In this document: positions 29,183 through 41,929 of the stretch, piece by piece
Layout: the number at the start of each line of letters is the position of its first letter
Numbering within the stretch: position 1 is the stretch's first letter
Origin: Chitinophagales bacterium
GTDB taxonomy: Bacteria > Bacteroidota > Bacteroidia > Chitinophagales > JADJOU01
Direction: 5' to 3'
DNA: 64,000 nucleotides
Assembly (NCBI GenBank): GCA_030832185.1
Contig: JAURJQ010000018.1
Span: 14,027 to 78,026, forward strand
Notes under the pieces: model-generated
What the model was told of the DNA's origin: nothing
Database searches by the model: none
Seen by the model: only the letters and a program-made list of their open reading frames with translations
Made by a program: the position numbers and the translations under genes

Positions 29183-30154
29183 ATGATAGCAGTTATAGGC
29201 GGTGGTCTGGCAGGAACGGCACTCGCCAAACTTCTAGCAGAGAAAAAACTTAATTTTGATTGGTATCGCGATAAGACTCCTTCTGCTAGTCATATCTCAT
29301 CGGGTATATTAAATCCTGTCACAGGTAGGCGCTATGCGAGCTCCTGGAGATATGATGAATTGATCGCCGCAGCTACCGTATTTTATGGTGAATTTCTGAA
29401 GCCTGTAAGACTCGAAAAACACTTCACACCTTATAAGGAAGAGTCTAGTATGGATAATATCATTCGAGGGAAGGAAAACTACTTGTCTAAAATCAATGAG
29501 CACTGGCTAGAGGTTAAGGCTAGCTATCAGCTTCAGACAGGAGCATTTATAGATTATTACACGGATCTACTATCTGAGAAACATGCCGTCATACATCAAG
29601 CGTTTAATCATGGCGATTTATTGCCTGATGGAAACGCTTGGACTTATCGTGGACTAATCTACAGTCAGGTTCTATTCGCCGAGGGAATTTTTGTAAGAAA
29701 CAATCCATTTTTCAATTACATAGATTTTCAACCTAATAGAGGGGAAGCACTCCTACTCGATATCTATGCGAATAAACCAGAGGTAGTTAAAAAATACGGC
29801 AAGTTTATCTGTCCTTTTGGAGAACAGTTTTGGGTAGGATCTTCCTTTGATAAAGTAGATTTTCAAGTACCCTTAACTACCGAGAAGACGAAGCAAGACC
29901 TAATACAAGCACTCCCAAACCTCATAGAAGGCACTGATTACAAAATTCTAGACCACCAAGGCGCGCTGCGCTCTACTACCTTTGACCGCAGACCCATTAT
30001 CGGCGAACACCCGCAGCATAAAGGACTCTTTATCTTTAATGGCTTTGGCACTAAAGGTGCATCGCTCATACCTTGGTGCGCAGGGCAGTTATTTAGCACT
30101 ATTTCAGATTCAAAAGACTTATATCACGAAATTTCTATATTAAGATTATCTTAG
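29183..30154 (+). CDS. FAD-dependent oxidoreductase (DAO/MnmC-C-terminal-like)
   Basis: VIGGGLAG, SGILNPVTGRR, RSTTFDRRPIIGEHP, FNGFGTKG. Confidence 0.85.
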   Translation: MIAVIGGGLAGTALAKLLAEKKLNFDWYRDKTPSASHISSGILNPVTGRRYASSWRYDELIAAATVFYGEFLKPVRLEKHFTPYKEESSMDNIIRGKENYLSKINEHWLEVKASYQLQTGAFIDYYTDLLSEKHAVIHQAFNHGDLLPDGNAWTYRGLIYSQVLFAEGIFVRNNPFFNYIDFQPNRGEALLLDIYANKPEVVKKYGKFICPFGEQFWVGSSFDKVDFQVPLTTEKTKQDLIQALPNLIEGTDYKILDHQGALRSTTFDRRPIIGEHPQHKGLFIFNGFGTKGASLIPWCAGQLFSTISDSKDLYHEISILRLS

Positions 30155-30187
30155 AAAATTTATTTTACCTCCTTAACTAACTTCTCT

Positions 30188-30195
30188 TAAATTTG
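30188..30195 (+). promoter_or_regulatory. -7 element TAAATTTG for rfbB
   Basis: TAnnTTTG match; overlaps the ORF-track TTG, which supports ATG 30208 as the true start. Confidence 0.55.
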
Positions 30196-30207
30196 TTTTT
30201 TTATTAT

Positions 30208-31260
30208 ATGAAGTCATTATTAATTACAGGAGGAGCAGGATTTATAGGGTCCCATGTGGTGCGCCGCATGGTCAATAACTATCCAGAGTATAAAATTTAT
30301 AATTTGGATAAACTCACGTATGCGGGTAATCTAGAAAATTTAAAAGATATTGAGGCTAAGCCTAACTACGAATTTATCAAAGGAGATATTCAAGATTTTG
30401 ACTTTGTCAATAAGATATTTCAAGATAAGAATCTAGACGGAGTCATACACCTAGCGGCGGAGAGCCATGTAGATAGAAGTATAACCAATCCACTAGAGTT
30501 CGTGATGACGAATGTGGTAGGCACCGTCAATCTCCTCAATGCCGCCAAAAACCACTGGGGAATTGACCTATCCGATAAAAGATTTTATCATGTATCTACC
30601 GATGAAGTCTATGGTGCACTCGGTGAGGTGGGTTTATTTACCGAAGATACCAAGTATGATCCGCATAGTCCTTATTCGGCTTCCAAAGCTAGTAGTGACC
30701 ATTTCGTAAGAGCATATTATGACACCTATGGTCTGCCTGTAGTCATATCCAATTGTTCTAACAATTATGGTTCACACCATTTTCCGGAGAAGCTGATTCC
30801 ACTTTGTATTCATAATATAAAGAATAACAAGCCACTTCCTATTTATGGCGATGGAAAATACACGAGAGATTGGCTGTTCGTAGAAGACCATGCGCGTGCT
30901 ATCGATGATGTATTTCATAAAGGAAAATTAGGAGAAACCTATAACATAGGAGGATTCAATGAATGGCAAAATATAGACTTGGTTAAGCTCCTATGCGATG
31001 TCATGGATGAGAAACTAGGTCAAGAAGTGGGAACAAGCCAAAAATTGATCACATTTGTCAAAGATAGACCAGGGCATGATCTGCGTTATGCTATAGATGC
31101 CTCTAAGATAGAAAGCGAGCTAGGATGGAGACCATCGGTCAACTTCGAGCAAGGGCTCGAAAAAACGGTGGCCTGGTATCTAGCGAATGATGAATGGCTC
31201 AATAATGTAACGAGCGGAAATTACCAGGATTATTATTCAAAACAATACCAGTCTTCGTGA
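30208..31260 (+). CDS. rfbB: dTDP-glucose 4,6-dehydratase
   Basis: TGGAGFIGS, LTYAGN, HLAAESHVDRSI, HVSTDEVYG, YSASKASSD, DRPGHDLRYAID. Confidence 0.96.
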   Translation: MKSLLITGGAGFIGSHVVRRMVNNYPEYKIYNLDKLTYAGNLENLKDIEAKPNYEFIKGDIQDFDFVNKIFQDKNLDGVIHLAAESHVDRSITNPLEFVMTNVVGTVNLLNAAKNHWGIDLSDKRFYHVSTDEVYGALGEVGLFTEDTKYDPHSPYSASKASSDHFVRAYYDTYGLPVVISNCSNNYGSHHFPEKLIPLCIHNIKNNKPLPIYGDGKYTRDWLFVEDHARAIDDVFHKGKLGETYNIGGFNEWQNIDLVKLLCDVMDEKLGQEVGTSQKLITFVKDRPGHDLRYAIDASKIESELGWRPSVNFEQGLEKTVAWYLANDEWLNNVTSGNYQDYYSKQYQSS

Positions 31261-32237
31261 TTCATACTGAACTGATTAGCGGTAAGAGATTTTTAGTCAC
31301 AGGTGGTGCTGGATTTATTGGTTCTCACATAGTGCGCTCCTTATTAGAGCATCGAGCTACAGTCAGAGTGCTCGACAATTTGCTGACGGGTCATTATGAG
31401 AATATCGAAGAGCACACTTCCAATCCCAATTTTGAATTTATAGATGGAGATATCACCAACCTTTTGACTTGTCAATCTGCCTGCAAGGATATGGACTATG
31501 TATGTCACCAAGCAGCCTTAGGCTCAGTACCTCGCTCCATTTTATTTCCAGAAAAGACGAATGAAATCAATGTCTCTGGTTTTGTCAATATGCTTATTGC
31601 AGCTAAAGATAATAAAGTCAAACGCTTCGTCTATGCCAGCAGTTCATCCGTATATGGAGACGAATATAGTCTGCCTAAAGTGGAATCTAAAATCGCAGCT
31701 CAGCTTTCACCTTATGCAGTATCTAAATACACCAACGAACTTTATGCTAATGTGTTTGCCAAGTCCTACGGATTAGAGACCATCGGTTTGAGATATTTTA
31801 ATATTTTCGGTCCAAATCAAGACCCTAATGGTCCCTATGCTGCGGTGATTCCTCTTTTTATATCTCAGTTATTGCAAGGACAGACGATTAAAATAAATGG
31901 CGATGGTAAGACAACACGTGATTTCACTTATGTAGCCAATGCAGTGCAGGCAAACCTGCTGGCGCTAATGACTCATAATGAAGCTGCTGTCAATCAAGTT
32001 TATAATATCGCCTGCGGTGCGAACTTTTCCCTATTAGACCTAGTAGCTAATATAGAAGCCGCTACAGGCAAAAAAGCGGTAATTAAACACCAAGATTTTC
32101 GACAAGGAGATATTAGAGATTCCTTAGCTGATATTTTCAAAGCTAAATCTTTATTGGGTTATGACCCAAAAATTGATTTTAATCTAGGAATAAAAGAAAC
32201 TGTGATCAAATTTTTGGACCGCTATGTCAATTCCTAA
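31257..32237 (+). CDS. UDP-GlcNAc 4-epimerase-like SDR (WbpP/TviC type)
   Basis: TGGAGFIGS, HQAALGSVPRSI, SPYAVSKY, LRYFNIFGPNQDP..YAAVIP. Confidence 0.88.
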   Translation: MIHTELISGKRFLVTGGAGFIGSHIVRSLLEHRATVRVLDNLLTGHYENIEEHTSNPNFEFIDGDITNLLTCQSACKDMDYVCHQAALGSVPRSILFPEKTNEINVSGFVNMLIAAKDNKVKRFVYASSSSVYGDEYSLPKVESKIAAQLSPYAVSKYTNELYANVFAKSYGLETIGLRYFNIFGPNQDPNGPYAAVIPLFISQLLQGQTIKINGDGKTTRDFTYVANAVQANLLALMTHNEAAVNQVYNIACGANFSLLDLVANIEAATGKKAVIKHQDFRQGDIRDSLADIFKAKSLLGYDPKIDFNLGIKETVIKFLDRYVNS

Positions 32238-32333
32238 ACCGTAAAGGTCTATTTTGACTGAGATAGTTTATCTAAAAAACAAAACTACTATGAGTGCTTA
32301 GGTCACCACTGGCCAAAATCTCAATATAAAATC

Positions 32334-32519
32334 TCAAATTGATTTCATAATTTGCAAGCCACACGTGAGTTCTTTTATATACTGAGTTAGGAATGGAATT
32401 TTATATTCTACTTCGAGTTTGGGGATAGCAAATCTTTCCATCTTAGTTTCTGGATTTTGATAAATAGGGAGTATGATGGCTCCGAGGCTTTGTGAATAGC
32501 TTTCCAATAAATTGCTCAT
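32334..32519 (-). CDS. Small hypothetical ORF downstream of purN
   Basis: 61-aa ORF with an A-rich upstream region, 36 nt after the purN stop; no recognisable motif. Confidence 0.3.
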   Translation of the reverse strand: MSNLLESYSQSLGAIILPIYQNPETKMERFAIPKLEVEYKIPFLTQYIKELTCGLQIMKSI

Positions 32520-32555
32520 CGATTCTTTATTTTTATATCTATCACAAGTGTAAAT

Positions 32556-33134
32556 TTAACAATTTAGTAAGAGCTTTTCTATAGTTTCCGGATAATATTT
32601 GAATTCTAAGTCATGTATTTTTGATTGAATAGAAATTAAATGATCCTCTTCTGTTAATGGAAATTTTTTTTGAAATATGATTTCCCCTTTATCGAATTCT
32701 TCGTTGACATAGTGAATGGAGATGCCATGTTCTTTCTCATTATTAGCTAATATCGCCTTATGAACGCGATCTCCATACATCCCTTTGCCGCCATATTTCG
32801 GCAGGAGCGCAGGGTGAATATTGATGATTTTTTTGGGAAAAGCAGCAAGGAGAGATTCTGGTATAAGGGCTAGAAAGCCCGCAAGAATAATTAAGTCTAC
32901 ACCATATAATTTATTTATAAACACGTCGCTAGCGAGTTCCTCTTTTGTAATAAGTATAGTTTCGACGTTTAGAGACTCAAAGCGCTGGAGGACCCTTGCA
33001 TTAGGGGTATTGCAGACGAGGAATTTAAATTCTACCTCGACTGAATTTTGAAAATAGTGATAAATATTTTCCGCATTGGAGCCGCTACCAGATGCGAATA
33101 CGGCTATTTGTTTTGAGAGGTGAGATTTTAACAC
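32556..33134 (-). CDS. purN: Phosphoribosylglycinamide formyltransferase
   Basis: AVFASGSGSNA, LAGFL, NIHPALLPKYGGKGMYG, DKGEII. Confidence 0.95.
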   Translation of the reverse strand: MLKSHLSKQIAVFASGSGSNAENIYHYFQNSVEVEFKFLVCNTPNARVLQRFESLNVETILITKEELASDVFINKLYGVDLIILAGFLALIPESLLAAFPKKIINIHPALLPKYGGKGMYGDRVHKAILANNEKEHGISIHYVNEEFDKGEIIFQKKFPLTEEDHLISIQSKIHDLEFKYYPETIEKLLLNC

Positions 33135-33235
33135 TGCATATAATTTTTTAGAGATTTACTTCGCTGTAAATATAATTCATCAAAAGTTTAACATGCTTTA
33201 GATTTTAGAGTCTTGTGTATTAGTTATATAAAACG

Positions 33236-33243
33236 TAAATTTG
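33236..33243 (+). promoter_or_regulatory. Promoter for the carotenoid operon (-7 TAAATTTG, -33 TTG)
   Basis: TAnnTTTG with TTG at 33213-33215, 20-nt spacer. Confidence 0.6.
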
Positions 33244-33322
33244 TAATGTATGTTATTTAATACCTCATTATAGTCACTCATGCTTATTTCAAGTTATAAA
33301 CCATTTCATGTTCATAAACTAA

Positions 33323-35419
<2,097 letters not shown>

Positions 35420-35439
<20 letters not shown>

Positions 35440-36583
35440 TTTTGCCATTATTGGTGCAGGAGCAGCTGGACTTCATTTAGCTCTGGCTATGTGTGAGGAT
35501 CCATACTTTTGCCACAAGCGGATTCTAATCCTTGAAAAATTAGTGAAAGACCAAAATGATCGGACCTGGTGCTTTTGGGAAAAAGGGAATGGACTATGGG
35601 ATGAGATAATACAGCAAAGTTGGTCCAAAGGTGAATTTTTTCACAAAGAGAAGAGAGTCTCTCTTTCTTTATCGCCTTATCGATATAAGATGCTTCGCTC
35701 CATTGATTTTTATGAGTATGCAAAGCGAAAGATTTCTGCTAGCTCTCAATTTCAGTGGGTAGAGGAGGACGTTCAAGAGGTAGTAAATGGTGATCCAATT
35801 CAAATCAACGGGTTGAGATCATTTTATACGGCTGAAATGGTCTTTGATAGCCGTATACCAACCGATTTTATTAAGGCCGAGGACTCCTATACTCGGATTT
35901 TACAGCATTTCAAGGGCTGGGTTATAAAAACGGATTATGATGCCTTTAATTCAGATAGATTTACCATGATGGATTTTAGATTAATATGGCCAGAATCTAC
36001 AAGCTTTACCTATGTTTTACCTTTGAATAAACGCGAAGCTTTAATAGAGTTTACGCTATTTACCTCTTCCTTGCTTCAAAAAAATGATTACGAAGTAATG
36101 TTGCAAAGTTACATAAATGATATATTGAAAATTCAAGAATATGAGATTGTAGAGCATGAGCAAGGTCTCATTCCTATGAGTGATTTCCCTTTTGAAAACT
36201 ATTCTGTAGGAAATCATATTCGCATAGGCACAGGCGGCGGATGGGTTAAGCCATCTACGGGCTATTCATTCAAGAATTGTGAGCGCAATTCTAGGAAATT
36301 AATTGCAAATATAAAACTGAATAAGCAGCCAAACGATGGTCTTATAAAAATGAAATTTCGCATCTACGATATTTTATTTCTCGATGTACTCTATCGGCAA
36401 AACTATCGAGGGCCAGAACTTTTTAATATCATGTATACAAAAATTCCTGTACAGACTATCTTTGCATTTCTAGATGATCAAACTAGTTTCAAGCAAGATC
36501 TATCTATTATGTTCCGTTTTCCATGGACGCCATTCCTTTTCTCTGTAGTAAAAAAAATATCTCATATATGGAACAAGTCCTAA
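35420..36583 (+). CDS. crtY: Lycopene cyclase (CrtY/CrtL family)
   Basis: IIGAGAAGL, NDRTWCFW, LQHFKGW, FTYVLP, EQGLIPM, GGWVKPSTGYSF. Confidence 0.85.
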
Positions 36584-37500
36584 ACTGCCTCGTCTGTAAC
36601 TCGAAAAAATTTAAGTCATTTATAAAGACTAACTCAATGATGCATGAGCAGGGATCGAAGAAGTATAATTTTGATCAATGCGAAAATTGCGGATTAGTAT
36701 TCCTGAATAACCGCGTTCCAGAGTCCGATTTAGGTCCTTTTTATTCTGAGAACTATCTGCCGTATCGCACAGAAGAGGCTTGGGGCAAGTATGCATACTT
36801 TGTCAAAACAGATCAACAAAATATCGATCAAGCTCGAGTAAAAAGAGTTAAAGATTTCCATAATTTGACCACAAAAAGTCGTATACTAGATGTGGGGTGC
36901 GGTAAGCCAACTTTTCTAGCTCAATTACATAAAGATACTCCTGCACACCTCATTGGTATAGATTTCAGTGACGAAGGATGGAAAAACAATTCAAAAAACT
37001 ATAGTGAGCTGGAGCTAAGAGTAGGAGAGGTTGCTGATCTTAAAGGAGAAAATGCTGTAGATGTCATGACCATGTGGCATTATCTGGAGCATGATTATAC
37101 ACCACAGAAGCATTTGAAAAATCTGCTAGATTTGACACACTCCGAAACCAAACTTATTATCGAAGTTCCAAATTTTGATAGCTATACAAGAAAAAAATTC
37201 GGTGAACATTGGGCTGGGTATCATACGCCGCGCCATACTGCGCTTTATTCACCACATAATATAGAGATTCTTCTGAAAAATAGTGGCTGGCAAGTAGAAA
37301 AAATTCTAACATATGGCACCCTAGATTCCTACACACTTCATTGGATGAGCGAAATGGAGCGGAAAGGAATTGATTGGTCGAGTTCTATGGAGTCTAGATT
37401 TATAGGATTTGTGGCAGGAATGATTATTCATAAACCCATTTATATGTGGCAGAAACATATATCTATGGGTTTTTTGACGGTCATAGCTAAACCATCATAA
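36568..37500 (+). CDS. Class I SAM-dependent methyltransferase with N-terminal CxxC/CxxC zinc ribbon
   Basis: CLVC...CENCGLVF, ILDVGCGKP, MWHYLEH, IIEVPN, HTPRHTALY; overlaps the crtY stop. Confidence 0.88.
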   Translation: MEQVLNCLVCNSKKFKSFIKTNSMMHEQGSKKYNFDQCENCGLVFLNNRVPESDLGPFYSENYLPYRTEEAWGKYAYFVKTDQQNIDQARVKRVKDFHNLTTKSRILDVGCGKPTFLAQLHKDTPAHLIGIDFSDEGWKNNSKNYSELELRVGEVADLKGENAVDVMTMWHYLEHDYTPQKHLKNLLDLTHSETKLIIEVPNFDSYTRKKFGEHWAGYHTPRHTALYSPHNIEILLKNSGWQVEKILTYGTLDSYTLHWMSEMERKGIDWSSSMESRFIGFVAGMIIHKPIYMWQKHISMGFLTVIAKPS

Positions 37501-37529
37501 TTCGGGAAAGGTTACGTTGCGTGGTTAAA

Positions 37530-38252
37530 CTAAATAACTGGCGGAAGATAAGACTCTAAAATACTTATACCCCCCCAGGTTCCTAAAGATTTATAAGGCT
37601 GAAATCGTATAAACATTTCTTCTTTGTACCAATCTATTTCCCGTGTTTTCTTAATAGCGACTTTGTGCTCAGGACTGTTATAGGCAAAGTTTTTGAGGTC
37701 GTCCAAAGATTTCCAAACACTAAATGTAGCCATCTGCACTAAGGGTGCTTCACCTATACCTTTGGTGTAAAGTAGCCCTGGGCAGCCAGCCTCAATGGGT
37801 CGCTGCGAAGTAGGAACATAACGCCAAAACTGAAGTAAATTTTGTGGGCGAATGGTCGCTCGGGTAATTACCGCAAAGAGGGGATTAGACTCATCAATAT
37901 CTGCAGACGGCATAAACGGATTTTCTCCCGACCAAAGCCCCGTGGCTTTCCTTACCTTCATAAAAATAGTCCAGTGCTCGCTGCTATGTGTTTGGTATCG
38001 TTTGAAAATAGCTGCTTGTTCGAAAAATTGTTGAGCATATTCTTCATCATCCCATACGCCGAGTAAGGCATATACCCCCCAGTCAGGGAGAGGATTAAAC
38101 CCAAGATCCTTTCCACTTCCCATGAGTTTGTAAAATTGTAGTCCAGGCGTCTTGCTTATGTGAGCATGTGCAAATTGCATTTGGAAAAAAGCCCATATTT
38201 TATCTGATAAGGTAGAAAAGCGAAATAAAGTCAAGGTAGAAACAGAGTTCAT
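37530..38252 (-). CDS. crtA: CrtA-type carotenoid monooxygenase/2'-hydroxylase (spheroidene monooxygenase family)
   Basis: FYKLMGSGK.LGF...PDWGVYALLGVW, ITRATIR, KGIGEAPLVQMATFSVW, FAY..PEH..AI, WYKEEMFIRF. Confidence 0.8.
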   Translation of the reverse strand: MNSVSTLTLFRFSTLSDKIWAFFQMQFAHAHISKTPGLQFYKLMGSGKDLGFNPLPDWGVYALLGVWDDEEYAQQFFEQAAIFKRYQTHSSEHWTIFMKVRKATGLWSGENPFMPSADIDESNPLFAVITRATIRPQNLLQFWRYVPTSQRPIEAGCPGLLYTKGIGEAPLVQMATFSVWKSLDDLKNFAYNSPEHKVAIKKTREIDWYKEEMFIRFQPYKSLGTWGGISILESYLPPVI

Positions 38253-38266
38253 TTTTTCTATATTAG

Positions 38267-38902
38267 TCAGACTAAGAATGGATTATACTTCATTTCATCG
38301 CCGATAGTTGTTTCATCACCATGACCCGAATAGACTATGGTTTCTTCTGGCAGTATGAAGAGTTTGGTCTTGATGGTGGATATAAGTGTGTCAAAATCTC
38401 CGCCCGGAAGGTCTGTTCGTCCAATACTCATTTTGAATAGTACATCTCCTGCTATCAATATTTTATGCTCTTCGCTATAGAAGCTCAAGCTACCAGCGCT
38501 ATGTCCCGGTGTAAATAGAATAGTCAAAAGAGAATTTCCAAAACGGATCTCATCTCCTTCTTTTAAATCTACTTCGATAGGCGGGCTAGGCTCTATGGGC
38601 ATATTGTATAGCTTTCCTGCTTGAATACTTCGCTCCAGATTGTATTCATCTAGGATACTCGCTTCTAGTTTTAATCCCCACGTCTCTGCTACATATTTAT
38701 TGCCGCAGATGTGATCTAGATGACAGTGCGTATTGATTAGTTTTATTGGCTTTAGGTTATTCTCAGAAATAAAGTCCACGAGTTCTTCTCGTTCATGATG
38801 AAAATAGCAGCCCGGGTCTATTATGATGCATTCCTTGGCCTCATCATAGATGATATACATGTTTTCCTGAATAGGATTGAAGGTAAATTTTTTAATTTGC
38901 AT
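38267..38902 (-). CDS. MBL-fold metallo-hydrolase (glyoxalase II-like)
   Basis: THCHLDHICG, TPGHSAG, AGDVLF..SIGRTDLPGGD, VYSGHG. Confidence 0.92.
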   Translation of the reverse strand: MQIKKFTFNPIQENMYIIYDEAKECIIIDPGCYFHHEREELVDFISENNLKPIKLINTHCHLDHICGNKYVAETWGLKLEASILDEYNLERSIQAGKLYNMPIEPSPPIEVDLKEGDEIRFGNSLLTILFTPGHSAGSLSFYSEEHKILIAGDVLFKMSIGRTDLPGGDFDTLISTIKTKLFILPEETIVYSGHGDETTIGDEMKYNPFLV

Positions 38903-39258
38903 TAGTACAAAATAGGGGTGAATAAAAAGGAATATTCCTCTTCATTTTCAATCAGCAAAACACAATATTTATCGTGGTTATTCTTATATTGAAATTGAAA
39001 ATCAGCCAGTTTGTCCTCCATAATTACTTTCTTGTGATAAAGCTCTTCCAGATGTGTAATAAATACGTTCCATTTTTCACTATTCTGACTTTGGTCTAGT
39101 ATTCTCCTGCCTAGTATAGTCTGTGAAGGCTTTTGAAAAATGAGGATAGGATAGTTTGAAATCTTCTGATCTAGGAGCAATGTTCTAATTTGTAGAAAAT
39201 GTTCTCCGTGCATCTCCATGACTTTCTCTATACTGAATAAATTGTCTCGCTTTGCCAA
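38902..39258 (-). CDS. Conserved hypothetical protein
   Basis: 118 aa, 1-nt overlap with the MBL gene, TTG start with a -7 element (TAACTTTG, 39275-39282) upstream. Confidence 0.65.
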   Translation of the reverse strand: MAKRDNLFSIEKVMEMHGEHFLQIRTLLLDQKISNYPILIFQKPSQTILGRRILDQSQNSEKWNVFITHLEELYHKKVIMEDKLADFQFQYKNNHDKYCVLLIENEEEYSFLFTPILY

Positions 39259-39345
39259 ATAATCTGATTTTCGACAAAGTTAGAAAATAGTATACTATCC
39301 ATTTTGAAAATCTAATTCTGGACTGACAATCTCTTTGATTTTAAA

Positions 39346-39374
39346 TTGACGAAAAAATATTTTTTGTACATTTG
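39346..39374 (+). promoter_or_regulatory. murQ promoter (-33 TTG, -7 TACATTTG)
   Basis: TTG 39346-39348, 18-nt spacer, TACATTTG 39367-39374. Confidence 0.6.
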
Positions 39375-39380
39375 TTTCAT

Positions 39381-40187
39381 ATGCAGAAAACCACCGAATC
39401 AGAATCCCTCTACACTGATTTAGAGTCTCAAAGCCCAATAGATATTCTCACATGGATGAATGATGAGGATAAAAAGGTAGCTCTCGCAATCGAAACTATT
39501 CTCCCTGATATAGATAAATTTGTAAATGCCACAGTGCCTAAATTATCTGCGGGGGGTCGTATGTTTTATATCGGTTCTGGTACTAGTGGTAGGTTAGGGG
39601 TGGTAGATGCTTCGGAGCTTCCACCTACATTTGGTGTAGCATTTGAAAAGGTGATAGGCATCATAGCTGGGGGAGATGGTGCTATCCGCAAAGCCGTCGA
39701 AGGGGCAGAAGATGATAGAATACAAGGTTGGCAAGATCTTAAAAATTGGAATATTTCTTCCGACGATGTAGTTATAGGTATAGCCGCTAGTGGCACCACT
39801 CCTTATGTCATTGGTGCACTCGAGGCTTGTCAGAAACATCATATAGCGACTGCATGTATTACCTGTAATGCTGCCGCGCCTATTTTAGCTGTCTCAGATT
39901 ATCCTATAGTAGCCGTAGTCGGTCCTGAGTTTATCACAGGCAGCACAAGGCTTAAAGCAGGGACTGCTCAGAAGTTGATATTAAATATGATTTCGACGAC
40001 TCTTATGATAAAGCTAGGTCACGTAAAAGGAAACAAGATGTTTGACATGCAGCTTTCCAATGATAAATTAGTAGATAGGGGTACGAAAATGATTATGGCT
40101 GAAATAGGAAGAGAATACGAGGAATGCAAGGAATTATTGTTGAAGTATGGAAGTGTGCGAAAGGCAGTCGATAATTATTTGATGTGA
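39381..40187 (+). CDS. murQ: N-acetylmuramic acid 6-phosphate etherase
   Basis: GSGTSGRLGVVDASELPPTFG, GIAASGTTPYV, GPEFITGSTRLKAGTAQKLILNM. Confidence 0.95.
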   Translation: MQKTTESESLYTDLESQSPIDILTWMNDEDKKVALAIETILPDIDKFVNATVPKLSAGGRMFYIGSGTSGRLGVVDASELPPTFGVAFEKVIGIIAGGDGAIRKAVEGAEDDRIQGWQDLKNWNISSDDVVIGIAASGTTPYVIGALEACQKHHIATACITCNAAAPILAVSDYPIVAVVGPEFITGSTRLKAGTAQKLILNMISTTLMIKLGHVKGNKMFDMQLSNDKLVDRGTKMIMAEIGREYEECKELLLKYGSVRKAVDNYLM

Positions 40188-40252
40188 TGATTTGGAGTTG
40201 TGAAGATGAGATAATTTGATTATTTGAAAATGACGGCGACTTCATACTAATG

Positions 40253-40293
40253 CATAACTACAACTTAAAACTAAACACTTATAACTAATAACT
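40253..40293 (+). repeat. Degenerate heptamer tandem array (nnnnACT) x6
   Basis: cataact-acaact-taaaact-aaacact-tataact-aataact directly before the ATG at 40298. Confidence 0.7.
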
Positions 40294-40297
40294 ATCA

Positions 40298-41848
40298 ATG
40301 CTCGTTAAAACCTTTGGAAGTGCCGTATATGGAGTAGATGCTGTGACTATCACTATAGAGGTAGGCATTGATAAAGCGGGTACGAAATACTATATGGTCG
40401 GCTTACCAGATAATGCCGTCAAGGAAAGTTTACAGCGTATTGAAATGTCTTTGAAGCATGTTGGGTATAAAATGCCTCGGTATAAAATCGTTATTAACCT
40501 AGCACCAGCCGACATCAAAAAAGAAGGCTCAGCTTATGATTTACCTATAGCCATCGGAATACTGATAGCTAGCGGACAGATAGAAGATAAAATTGATGTG
40601 AGTAAATATGTCATAATGGGTGAATTGTCCTTAGATGGATCCATTCAACCTATAAGGGGCGCTTTGCCTATTGCTGTTCAGGCTAGAAAGGAAAATTATG
40701 ATGGCTTTATCCTTCCTAAATATAATGAACGAGAAGCTGGCATAGTAGACACTCTAAAGGTATACGGCGTGGATAGTCTGCAAGATGTAGTAGACATTAT
40801 TGAGCAGAACAAAGAGATTAAACCTGTTTTTGTAGATACGCGGGCAGAGTTTGAGGAAAATATGAAGAGCGTGCGCTATGACTTTACCGATGTAAAAGGT
40901 CAGGACAATATCAAACGGGCTATGGAAATAGCAGCTGCTGGAGGGCACAATCTCATACTCATAGGACCTCCAGGAGCAGGCAAAACTATGCTTGCCAAGC
41001 GTATGTCTTCTATTCTGCCTCCTCTAAATCTCTATGAGTCTCTCGAAACGACTAAGATTCACTCAGTGGCTGGTCTATTAAATAAAGGCGATTCCTTGGT
41101 CTTTGAGCGTCCATTCCGAAGTCCTCACCACACGGTAAGTGATGTCGCCTTAGTGGGCGGAGGTAATCACCCACAGCCCGGTGAAATATCCTTAGCACAC
41201 AATGGAGTTTTATTTCTAGACGAGTTGCCTGAGTTTAAAAGAACAGCCCTCGAAGTCCTTCGTCAGCCCATGGAAGATCGCATAGTGACTATATCCAGAG
41301 CTAAATTTTCTATTACGTTTCCATCAAGCTTTATGCTGGTAGCATCTATGAACCCCTGCCCATGTGGCTTCTATAATCATCCAGAGAAGGAATGCGTCTG
41401 TCCACCTGGAGCTGTGCAGAAGTATTTAAATAAAATATCGGGGCCGCTACTGGACAGGATAGACCTGCATGTAGAGGTTGTTCCTGTCAATTTCAATGAA
41501 CTCATATCGGGGTCTAAATCTGAAAAAAGTACCAATGTGCGCGAGCGTGTGATCAAAGCCCGCGATATACAGCAAGAGCGATTTAAAGCTATCGAAGGTC
41601 TTCACTCTAATGCACAAATGGGCGGTAAAGAAGTGCAAGAAATCTGTCAAATCTCTGATGCAGGTCGAAACCTCCTCAAGCGAGCTATGGAAAAACTCAA
41701 TCTCTCCGCCCGCGCCTATGACCGTATTCTCAAAGTCTCTCGCACCATAGCCGACCTCGCTCAAAGTGAAGAGATTAAAGTGGAGCATTTAGCTGAAGCC
41801 ATTCACTACAGAAGTTTGGATAGAGAGAATTGGGCGAATCAGGGTTGA
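40298..41848 (+). CDS. comM: YifB/ComM Mg-chelatase-like AAA+ ATPase
   Basis: [70 protein letters not shown]. Confidence 0.92.
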   Translation: MLVKTFGSAVYGVDAVTITIEVGIDKAGTKYYMVGLPDNAVKESLQRIEMSLKHVGYKMPRYKIVINLAPADIKKEGSAYDLPIAIGILIASGQIEDKIDVSKYVIMGELSLDGSIQPIRGALPIAVQARKENYDGFILPKYNEREAGIVDTLKVYGVDSLQDVVDIIEQNKEIKPVFVDTRAEFEENMKSVRYDFTDVKGQDNIKRAMEIAAAGGHNLILIGPPGAGKTMLAKRMSSILPPLNLYESLETTKIHSVAGLLNKGDSLVFERPFRSPHHTVSDVALVGGGNHPQPGEISLAHNGVLFLDELPEFKRTALEVLRQPMEDRIVTISRAKFSITFPSSFMLVASMNPCPCGFYNHPEKECVCPPGAVQKYLNKISGPLLDRIDLHVEVVPVNFNELISGSKSEKSTNVRERVIKARDIQQERFKAIEGLHSNAQMGGKEVQEICQISDAGRNLLKRAMEKLNLSARAYDRILKVSRTIADLAQSEEIKVEHLAEAIHYRSLDRENWANQG

Positions 41849-41877
41849 TTTTTTGTCTTATACTGAATAAATATGAA

Positions 41878-41885
41878 TACTTTTG
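41878..41885 (+). promoter_or_regulatory. -7 element TACTTTTG for accC
   Basis: TAnnTTTG match with TTTG at 41852-41855. Confidence 0.5.
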
Positions 41886-41929
41886 AAAACGAGTTAATAT
41901 GTCTACCTGATACTTGATTTATAATATAA

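Noticed and set aside
33134-33139. Out-of-frame ATG just upstream of the purN GTG suggesting a frameshift
   Set aside because: The GTG start already yields a full-length PurN N-terminus
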